From: Auanema rhodensis
Taxonomy: Eukaryota; Animalia; Nematoda
Direction: 5' to 3'
Length of the DNA stretch: 64,000 bases
NCBI GenBank assembly: GCA_964057225.1
Contig: OZ059899.1
Location: 14,012,001 to 14,076,000, forward strand
Part shown: positions 54,001-64,000 of the stretch, piece after piece
Layout: the number at the start of each line of letters is the position of its first letter
Position numbering within the stretch: position 1 is the first letter of the stretch
The notes under the pieces: model-generated
Seen by the model: only the letters and a program-made list of their open reading frames with translations
Told to the model about the DNA's origin: nothing
Database searches by the model: none
Translations under genes and position numbers: made by a program

Positions 54001-57000
54001 GCTGTAAATATAATAAAGCATTAAGTTGGCAATATACTATACTAAATTTACCGCGTAAAATATAATTTTGATGATTTTGATCAGCTACTCGTCCAAGCTG
54101 TATAAGACAGTCTAATCCACCATTTTGTACAAATTCATGAACAAGATCTTTATCATCCTAAACAAAAATATTTTGGTAATATTCCAATAAATGATGCTTA
54201 TAACATACTTGAAAGATTTGTTTTAAGGAGAATAATGCTCGACGTTGATCTCTACCAGATGCATTTAATAATTTATCTTTAAAAATAATTATATAACTAT
54301 ATGAATATGATGTTAATGATGTTATTACCGATGATAGTCTTGACTCGAAGTGACGTCTGAGTGCGGAGCACTAAGCTGGATCGGCGACTGAAAATGCAAA
54401 AACATGAACTAATTGAACTTTGAAATTTTAAAAATTTTAATTTCTTATTATGTATTTAGACGTTTATCTATATCAATTCTCACAATCTCTTTCATACAAT
54501 TGAAATTTTAAATGTTCCTATAGAGCTTGTCGGGCTATCGTCAATCTTGTTAAAAGGCTGCTAGAGCGTTAAAAGCCATAAAAGGAAATGAAGAAAGAAG
54601 AAAGAGGTGAGAATCGAACAAAACGAACTATTTCTTGCCTCGAAGGCATGTTTTACCTATTCAGATAAGCATCGCCCCAATCAAAATCTTCATCTTCTGT
54701 ATCGGATGAGTCGACTCGAGCTTGACCGGATGATGATGATGAGACTGGGGTAGCGAAGCGATGATGAGAACGATGCTGATGCTGATGATGATGATCCAAA
54801 CTGGACTTGCGGTCAGACCGATAGCCGCTGTCTTCACGACGATGATCTATCGGATGAGACGAGGATAACGAGGAGGATGATGAAAGTGATGACTTCGAGA
54901 GAACAAATGGCGTTGTTGATGTTGATGGAGATTCAGGAGGTGATGATTCTTCCGATTCAACAATTGGTAAGGATTTTGGTTTCCATGCTGGTAAGCCGGC
55001 TGATGTGCTGGCTGCCGAGGCCTGATGTGGTGCAGAGTAAGGCTCATCTTCAATCTGAACTGGGCGTGCAACGATTCGTGTTGCTTCTCCAAAAACTCGG
55101 GATTTTCCAGTTGGCATTGTTCCAGCTGTAGAATTAGATCGTTGAATACTTGGTGTCACCCGAGATGGAGATGGTAGCTTCAGAGGCGTTGCCGTGAAGA
55201 TGTCCTTCTGAGATGATAAGGGGAATACTGGATAGTCCAAAGCATGCTCACGGGGAGGCTTCGGTGGCGTTTGAGGCAAAGGAATTGTTGAAGAACATGG
55301 AGGAGGTGGAGGTGCTACAGACGATGTAGTATGTTGTTCATTTAGAGGTATCTGCAGTTGACGTCTGCCAGGTGATTGACTGAAGCTTCTACTTGGCTTA
55401 GGAGGTGGATCATCAGCTGCAGGTATATCATCATCGTCAATGTACGGAATTGTTTTAACTGGTGCTGCTGTATGAATAACAGTAGGTTTCCTAACAAAAT
55501 TCCGAGGTAATGATGACGTTGAACTCATGTGAGCTGGTCCATCAACAGAGGAGGCGTACCAGGTACGTGGATCTTCTAAAGCTGTCAAAGTTCGTCGTCG
55601 TTGAAGACTTGGAGCTGCACTTCGTGGTGTAGCACCAACACAGCCGTCCATCATTACAGTCATATCATTTCCTGATGAATTTCCAAGTGATGCGGAAGCA
55701 GTTTGACTGGTTGTTGGAGTTTCACTGCTACGACTTCGACGTTCCAGCGTTGAGAAGCCGCTTGATCGAATTGGCTTGACTATCAAAGGCATTTCTTTCA
55801 TGCCACTAGACATTATCAACGGAGGCATGACACTAGATGCTGCTGATGATGTAGTCGCGGATGGCCGATATGCTCCAGCCTCATCCACCTTACAGCGCAC
55901 ATGATTATCAATGAGAGCTGGCTGTGCCGGCACAACATTGGCATCTATCCGAATAGACAGATCGATGTCGTATGCCTTGAGTATAGGTTTACCAGCTGTA
56001 GAAGCTGTAGCGGGTGAAGCTGTAACAGTAGCATGATGTGGATGAGCTTGATGATGAGCGCCATAAATGGATTCGTACGACGGGGCAAATACGGGTCTAG
56101 CCGTAAATCGTGATGAAGCTGAAGCTGAAGAAGCTGGCACAGCCGTTGCTCGATAGCTAGCAGACATAGATGATGATCATAGTCTATGAAAGAGAAATGA
56201 AAAACGAAAACAGGAAAAGAGAATAGAAAACACGAAATATAAATAGTAGTTAAAGTAGTAATATTAGCAGATTAAAGGTAATTTTGTATTGTAAAAATAC
56301 AAAAAATTAAAATTTTCAAAATAAAAATATTCAAAGAGATAGCTGAATGAAATAGACTTTAGATAGGTCGACTAATATTCCTAATAAGGTGAATTTAGGG
56401 GCGGGAGAGATGTTGAGAGAGAAAGAGAGAGAGTAGCAACAGAGAGAATGAGAACGAGAGCAGAATAATCGTAACAATGAGAGAATGAGACACAGAGAGA
56501 CAGGAAAAGAAGAGGGAAGGCTGTGATGATGACTACGACATCCGAACGTTACTAGCACCTCGTCTTCCATCGAAGAGAATCGAGAGAAGGGACGGATCGC
56601 ATGAGAGGAGCTGTGTGAGATGACGTTCTCCAACCTCTCCCTGGCTACTCCATTCTCGTTCGCTCTCTCATACTCATCGTTATGAATCTCTGAATCTCTT
56701 GTTCGCGACATGATAAGACAACTATCTCATGTCGATCTCTTGTATTTGAAAATAGTCAATTTATCGTATATGAATATACCTTCAAAGGGAATGAATATTT
56801 CAAGATTTCAAATGAAAAGAAGAAGAACCGACGATAATAGTTGAGAAAAGTATGAGAAGAAGATGAAACTGACGAATAGAAAAGAGAAGAATTGATAGAT
56901 AGAAGGTTGAAGTGCGAGATATAAGATGATTTTACACATCTTTTATCACTTTCAAAGTTATTTCACATTCGGTTATAAACTTTGCGATTTTGACCAATTT

Positions 57001-59166
57001 TGCATGACACATCAATCTTCATATACATATGTATATGGATAGTAGATGTATAGTATAGTATTCTATATATAACATTGATTTAGAAATAACTTGTAATTCA
57101 ATCATCTTTTACTATATGTATATAGTTAATGAAAATAGTCATTATGAGACATATTTGTACCAATTATTATGGAAATAAAATGATATCAGAGAGAGACAGT
57201 TCACCTTTTATAGTTACCAACTGGATTGTTTATCTTACATCTTTCTCATCTTCTACTCTCTCTCTCTCTCTCTCTATCTTATCCTGTACTTGTCCCTCAC
57301 TCTTTATTTCTCTATTAATCTTATTATCTATTACTATCTCGTTCATCTACCCATCCCCTCCCTCTCTCTCTCTCTCTCCTTCTGTCTCTCTTCATTCTTT
57401 ATCTGTCTCATACTCCTTCTTGTCATTGTGGCATCCAAGGACTTATCCGAACAACGGTTCGAAACGTATGGACCATCGTTTTGCCGACATGTCGTCCTCT
57501 CCGTCACAACGACGACGATGTTGGTGAAAGTGATATCCAAATTTGGTCATGACGGGACCTAATTGGGTAATCGTCTAAATATCTGAATCAACGTACACTC
57601 CTCTCCTCTCTCATACTCTTTCACCTCGAAACCAGGAAATTGGTTTGTTTCTCTCTCCCTCTCTTTCTCTCTCTGTTTTCGTTTACCGTCATCTTCTTCA
57701 CAAAATTCAGAATGACCCATGTTGAGAATATAGAAGAAGAAATATAGACTGACAGGAAGAATAGTGAGAAAAGAAAATGAGAGATAGAGAGAGAGAGAGG
57801 TAGAGAGAGCCCATGACCCGAAACTGAATTTCAGTTGTTGCTGTTGATGATGATAATAAACTTGTGCTGTATGTGTTTAGGTGAAATATCCAAAACTTTA
57901 AGATTCATAATAATATTTCGAATGCAACTGTCATCAGCCCACAGCTTGTTATCTTCAGAGAATTTGATTAAGTTGCAACAATTCTTTGTTGGATACGAAG
58001 CTTGCAATGTAATTGCAATAACCAGATAATCTTTCTCTCTTTCTTTCTCTTTCTCTTCCTATATCTCTATTATAACTTTTATAAGAGGGAAAATTAATTG
58101 AAAGATATAGAGAAAGGAATTCACACAGAGGTAACAAAGAAAACGGCAGGGGGTCCGACATGAATATTGTCGATTTTGGCAATTATTCATAACATAAACA
58201 AACATTTATAATGAAATATATAGAATGATATGAAGATATAAAGATATAATATTAGATTTTTAATAAATAAAATCAAAATTTAAGACAAGGAAATGGGCAA
58301 ATTGTCTTTTGAAAAACTCAAAATTCTTGATTATGATCATATTATTTGGAAACAGGATGCACTTGAATGTTCTCGAAACCGATCATTGTTTCTCGCTTTT
58401 TTGACTTTCTCCCTCTCTTTTTCATCTTATTTTCTATTAAAAAAATCTTGTTTAACATCTTGTTCTTAATGAAAACGAAGTCAATTCATATTGTGAATGA
58501 GCTCCTTGAAATCATTTTAGATGTACTCAGCCTGATTATCTTCAATATTCCCAATTTTAACATATTTTTCATGTATAATTGGCTTTTATATTATTTCCAA
58601 AATTATCTTAACAACATCATTTTCTGATTTTCATGAATAGAAATCAAAAAATCAACGACATACCTATCACTTTTGAGTATTTCAAATTCATCTGGTTGAT
58701 CAAGAAGAGTTAATTCACTATCTAAATATGTATGAAATTCTCCTCCACCACCTTCCGATCCTTTATATACTTGTAAAGCAGCATCTCCAGGCTATAATAT
58801 ATACAAGTTTATAAGAAATAATTAATTATATAAACTATTAAAGCTATAACTTGTATTGGTTGTATATGTCGTTTTACAAAATGTTTGAATGATATGTATG
58901 TATGTTGCTTGTTGTTGTTGTTGTTTTCGTTTTTGAATTACAATCAAACTAATGTGTAAAGAAGAAAAACAAAGCAGTTTCTATACCTTATGTGGTGCTC
59001 GAAGTGTTCGAATAACTTCAGAAATCTGTAATCCAATGGCTGCATGTAGACGAAATTGAAATGTGACAGGTCGCATAGGCTCCAAATAGTATGTAGATGT
59101 TGTAGCAAATGGATCACTATCATTCACATATTGTATTCGACATGTGAATGTATCTTCTTCTTCCAT
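48096..59166 (-). CDS. fhod-1: FHOD-family formin (GBD/FH3-FH1-FH2-DAD); about 28 coding exons
   Basis: N-terminus [24 protein letters not shown]...[10 protein letters not shown]3 region [31 protein letters not shown]...[17 protein letters not shown]...[18 protein letters not shown] precedes the polyproline FH1. FH2 region [47 protein letters not shown]-like [13 protein letters not shown]...RKSLRRTRTLK, with TAA at 48096-48098. All junctions read as GT-AG. Confidence 0.96.
51455..51505. promoter_or_regulatory. Intronic homotypic cluster of six ACGT-core (E-box/bHLH-PAS-like) sites
   Basis: ttacgtgatcacgttgaattcacgtgaatttcacgtaacgttacacgtaat contains six ACGT cores in 46 bp and the perfect palindrome aattcacgtgaatt. 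Confidence 0.5.
51934..52752 (-). CDS. fhod-1: Ser-rich 273-codon internal exon of fhod-1 (phase 2-2; candidate cassette)
   Basis: caatttag acceptor and gg|gtaagt donor; 819 nt, divisible by 3. The flanking exons (…AKMR / TPSQMS…) join in frame with or without it. Confidence 0.8.
53780..53830 (-). CDS. fhod-1: 51-nt exon ([17 protein letters not shown]) inside the FH3 region of fhod-1
   Basis: ttttcag acceptor, tgg|gtagga donor, phase 0-0, inserted between LLDSP and FRLVVKT. Confidence 0.8.
54657..56167 (-). CDS. fhod-1: Alternative first coding exon of fhod-1 (~503 aa, S/P/T-rich, disordered)
   Basis: A 504-aa ORF lies inside fhod-1 intron 2 on the same strand. The acceptor tttcatag (AG at 56185-56184) is 16 nt before the ATG. 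The exon ends ...YLN ag|gtaaaa in phase 2, matching the phase-2 acceptor of the next exon (54387). Confidence 0.8.
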
Positions 59167-60815
59167 TTTTGTTTTTTCTGATTTACTATTGGATGAATAG
59201 TTTTCAGTAATATCTAGTTAATATAGATTTGAATAGTTAAGCGTTGAGATACCCGTGCAAATGTCTAAAAATGGAAAAATAAATGAGATGAAATGAAGGT
59301 ACATGATACTGCTACTACAAGAAATATTGAATAAATAAACAAACAAAATCCAAAAAAATAAAACAAAACAACAAGAAAACAACAATTTTAATGTAAATTT
59401 TACTTTTCTTCTTCTTCTTTTCTTCATATATATCTATGAAAGATATATAGATACATGGGAAATTGGTGAGAGAATGTGAGAAAGCAACTGAACATCTGTT
59501 TCGTAAAAATTAAACGAAGGATTGAAGAGTCGAAAAGCATCGATTGAAGTAAAAATAATTGGGAAAACGATAGATAGTTTCCAATTGAACATGTACCAAC
59601 GAATTTTCGTTAAAGTGACAACGAATATTGAAAAAGTATTAGTCAATAAAGCTTTTTCGCTTTCTTCACTGCCGTCAGGATGCAAGATGAGATGGCATGA
59701 CGTCAGCAACTTGTGTGTATAAACGTTAAAACTTAGGTTAAGGTTTAAGATGTAGTAATGAACTGATTTTGATGTGAAAAATGGTTAAAAACGAGAATAA
59801 AAGTATTAGGATCTATTAGTAGTAACTGAGATATATATATATATACTAAATGAGTTGGTGTGAATGTTCAAAATATCTTTTTCGAGATTGAAAAGAAGAT
59901 TAAATTACAGTTGGTCAGTATAGATAGACGATTACTATGAACTTCTTTCATGAATAGAAGAATAACATTTCAATAAAAATATATAAAATGATTATTATTA
60001 TTTCAAGAAGAAGAAAAATTTAAAATATTAGGATGAGAAACAAATATTTAGAAGAAGAAAAAAAAGAATTTAAATGAATCAGTCAATACAATGCATATAA
60101 TGATGTCACGGAATATTCCGAAATGCATATGAGTTTAGGAATGCCATAAGCATCATCATATTTGACTGATAAAGCCCCATATTGAAATAGTTTATACTGA
60201 CTATACTATGAACACGAAACAAGATAAGTCCCCAGAAGTTATTGAAGATAACATAATAGCTGAAAAGCAATTGATGATAAAAACGGAAAATCTTATAACA
60301 AAAAAAAAAGGAAAAGAAGAAAAAACGTGAATGTGAAGTGATGAAACAGATGAAAAATGAAAAAAATATTACAAACTGAATAACCTTATAGAGCATATGA
60401 AATAGATAGAAGAGTTATCAAGAGCGTAAAGAGCAACATCAATTAATCGATATACATACATGTAGGTGCAAAGTAAGGCAGACGAGACAGAAAGAAAATG
60501 ATCTAAGAAATGAATAATATTATAATTAATTAATTGATAAAACATAAATATTAATCATAATAATAATAATTTATTTTCAAATTATATGCATATAATCTTT
60601 AAAATTGAATTTATAATTTGATATAAATATAATGTTTATATTCAGTAGAGTTTTTAGATATTATAGATTCTTTATTATGCAGAATATAACATAATAATTG
60701 GAATTATTTTCGTTAAATATATAAAAAGAAATAATAAAAATATATAATAATTAAAAGATTTTAATGAAATAGTCAACCGTTCATTGGTAATGCGTATGGT
60801 ATGAATGATTATGAA

Positions 60816-60849
60816 TCACGTGAACTCACGTGAACTTCCTAATCACGTA
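60816..60849. promoter_or_regulatory. Tandem TCACGTGA E-boxes upstream of fhod-1
   Basis: TCACGTGA at 60816 and 60826 (10-bp spacing) and TCACGTA at 60843, about 1.65 kb upstream of the fhod-1 ATG. Confidence 0.5.
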
Positions 60850-60928
60850 TGATGACAAATTAGAATATTATAATTATAATATTTAATGTTATATTTACTT
60901 AGTTATACATACTTACATCTTATTCTCA

Positions 60929-60959
<31 letters not shown>

Positions 60960-61431
60960 ATTAGTTCTTGTTCAAATTTCAGAAAACACATCTGAATTTC
61001 GGTTTACAACTCGAACTATAGAGATTGAAGGAGAGAGAATGTGGCTGAGCAGAAGATAAAGAGGGAAAAGAAAATGAAAAGGAGAGAATGAGAGACAGAG
61101 AGAGAAAGAGAGAGGGAGAAGAGGCCACGAACCAGAGGTGGATACGAACAAATTTCGTGTAGCAATATTATATATTATAAGGAAAAGCTTAAAACAAATA
61201 GCTGGAAATTATCTCTTACTCTCTCTTCCCTTCTCTCTTCCCCTCTCTCTATCTCTTTCTATTGCCCTCTCCTCTATTTTTTCCATTCTATTTCAAACAC
61301 AGATAAAAGAAGAAATAAAAATGATTGTATATAATCACTGTTATGGAGAAGTTTACTGATTAGTTTCCAAATATGAATCGTTAAAAGCTGTGTTAAATTG
61401 AAAATGGTACAAGAAACCCTGGAATCAAATT

Positions 61432-61435
<4 letters not shown>

Positions 61436-61495
<60 letters not shown>
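61436..61495. repeat. (GA)n microsatellite upstream of fhod-1
   Basis: Pure GA run. Confidence 0.95.
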
Positions 61496-61497
<2 letters not shown>

Positions 61498-62252
61498 CAA
61501 ATCATTTTTCTGCAAAAGATGGAAGAAGGACAATGAAAATATAGCTTATTCCGGTAGAAATAAGAGAAGTTATGTGTGGGTGAGTTAGAAATGAGAAAGC
61601 AATATGAACAGTAAAGATGGAGTCAGAAACGGAAACCGAATTGTGGACGAATTAGGTCCGAAAGTCAACAGAGAAAAGGATTAATTAGAATCAAAAAAAG
61701 GAACGAATCAACGATGATGAAAAGAAAGTTTTGAAGACAAATTAGACAAAAGCTGATGAACGAACTGCTTGCTATATGTTGTGGATGGTTTGCTGTTTGT
61801 GTACACACACACACACACACACTAGGCTTTCTGATGAGCGATTAAACCGAAGTTGCGCTTTAGATCAAAAAAACTTTTTGACTAAAATGGTTCTAAGGCT
61901 TGATTTAACTATGAAATGAAGTTGAATAAGCCTAACGACATACATGTCGTTGAGCATGTGTACTTGTGGCTTAATAGATTGGCATAATGGATTACAAGGT
62001 GAAGAGATCAAGCTTACAAGGTATATGGCAGGTGATTAGTCTTGTTAGTATCAAAATGAAAGATTCAAAATTTCAAAATTGAAATGTCTTTTCAAAAAAA
62101 AAGAAAGAAAAGAAAGTGCATTATAAGTTCTAATCAAACTGTATCATATGGAGAAGCATGTACAATATATATTTGAAAATACATTCTAAAATAGTCTTTG
62201 TACAACGAAAAACTCGATTTAGTAATTGTGGAAATAAATCTTCAGCTTCTGC

Positions 62253-62317
<65 letters not shown>

Positions 62318-64000
62318 AATATAAATATTTTATTCTATATCTCTTCTCAACTTCATCCTTTGTAATGTTCTATTAGCCGATGCAATTATCAGAGACACTG
62401 TCAAATCCCAAAAAAATGATGAAAAAGTTAATCTGGTCGATGTGTAACGGTAGAAGAACATCAATGCCATTCAGATATATACGACAGAATGTTGCTGTTG
62501 CTGATAGGGACAATGATGGCCATGGTGTTGGTTGGTGGTGGTGATGATCACGATGATGATGATGATGATGATGGTGTGGAATTTGTATCCAAAACATCTG
62601 ATACAAACAACCTAAGTTTCATTCAGTGTAATGAACGATATAAGATAATTGGTCAGCAGATGAAGAGAGGGACAAAGAGTGCGAAACAAGGAGAGACAGT
62701 ACGTCTTCTAGACTGTCTAAATAGAATATCAGGAGAATTCGATGGAAAAATGAATGAGCTGGAGCGGGGAAATTGGCATTTTCGATTCGAAAAGCATTTT
62801 CTGTAAAAATTTTGTGGATGAAAAGAATGAAGGTGAAACAGCAGACGACGGCTTATCATATTCATATAGTTAGCTGATACTAAGCACTAAGGCTGGAATT
62901 TGAAATCAGCTTGATATCAATGATGCCGACAAATTTGAAAATAGCCTGATATAGCTAAGCAAACTATTCAGGGAATTTCGAGATAAATCGAGAAGGGAGA
63001 AAGGAATATACGAGGAAGATGGGATGATGATGAATATGATGATGAAGAAAGAAGCCGATTGCATAGGTGAGATCAAGTGAGATGATGAAGAGAAGAAAGA
63101 TTAATTGATGGATTGGCTTAATATCTGAATAACAATCAACCAAAATCCTAATTAAGATGATTAAATATTCAGAGAATTAAGCATTTGAAAAAAAAATTCA
63201 TCAGAAAAAGAATTTTGCAACGAAATTCATATGGTAGTATCTAAAGTCACTACTTTCATTTAAATCTGATGAAGACATTCCTTCACATTCGTTTTTACAT
63301 ATGTGAATTCATATTAGAATTACGACAAAAATGATGTTGAAGCAGGATGAAAAACATGGAAATCGGAAAAACCGTCCGAGAATTCCGGACTCTTTGTCTA
63401 AGCAGTGTTCAAGCGTGGGTGTTTCAGCGAGATGAAACGCAAAACATGTGTTCGAAGACGGCAACGTTGACACGAGCTCAACGAATGAGACATGGAAAAC
63501 GAAGACTTCTAGGACACTTTAAAAAAATTAATCAATGTTATAAAGTTATACGATTAACTATATGATATAGATCAAGTTAGAAAATGCGTGAATACGTACA
63601 GTTGAAGCTGTGTGAGCATTAGCGAAAATTAAAATAAGAAGAGCATTGAAAAAGTAAGTTAAAGAGAGGATGTTAAAGTAACTTTTGTGGATTATATTTT
63701 CGGATATAGATAAAGCAAAATGTAAGAAAGAAGAAAGAAGAAAACTAGAAACATCATGTAAAACTTTCTATGGACGATTGTCTCTTCGATTTATATCAAT
63801 CAAACTACTAAACTATATAGAATATACCTGATATTCTTTGCATCGTACTCAGAAAAACAACAAAAAAATAATTAAAAATGAAATCAAAACAAAATAAATA
63901 TTAATAGAAATTGAAAGACAAGATCTACTCAATAGGTTATAACATCAATGTCAGTATATAATTGTTTTGAAATTCATTTGCAAGGCAGCTACCATTTTAA

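Noticed and set aside
56331-56711. 126-aa minus-strand ORF upstream of the alternative fhod-1 exon
   Set aside because: Its plausible donors are phase 0 and would run into a stop within a few codons of the 56183 acceptor; the distal half is CT-repeat translation. It is more likely promoter or outron sequence.
57428-57475. GGTTCGAAAC B-box/T-loop-like word
   Set aside because: No T-stem, acceptor stem or cloverleaf; not a tRNA.
61831-61860. CTGATGA followed by a 6-bp stem (hammerhead-like)
   Set aside because: The stem is followed by GCTT, not the required GAAA, and there are no stems I/III.
61927-61935. TAAGCCTAA, resembling a nematode telomerase template or telomere seed, next to a small hairpin
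   Set aside because: A single 9-mer is expected about once by chance in a window this size; there is no TTAGGC array or supporting structure.

Overview
AT-rich eukaryotic genomic DNA, almost certainly a nematode. The basis is very short 40-60 nt GT-AG introns, TTTCAG/TTTTAG-type acceptors just upstream of start codons, and recognisable homologues of C. elegans fhod-1 and maph-1; the species cannot be called. Four spliced protein-coding genes were reconstructed by hand. (1) A secreted Thr-rich orphan protein (+, 3944-6424). (2) An orphan class A 7TM receptor (-, 7989-10100). (3) A MAP1-family gene, maph-1-like (+, 41238-46808). (4) A FHOD-family formin, fhod-1 (-, 48096-59166), convergent with maph-1. 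Between about 11.5 and 41 kb lies a ~29 kb stretch with no recognisable gene, rich in (GA)n/(CT)n tracts. The most notable observations are these. fhod-1 has a 1.5 kb alternative first exon that would replace the formin N-terminal domain with a ~503-aa disordered tail. Three large, apparently optional low-complexity exons in the two cytoskeletal genes each carry a D[S/D]GYxS beta-TrCP/LIN-23-type degron. Paired TCACGT(G/A) motifs recur with 10-11 or ~20 bp spacing. There is a 68-nt hairpin in the fhod-1 3'UTR, a 134-bp near-identical duplication containing a tRNA-like A-box, and a possible small-protein gene at 11.2-11.5 kb. No bacterial-type features, tRNA or rRNA genes, or autonomous transposons were found. 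All exon boundaries come from manual reading, and all function claims beyond family assignment are inference.
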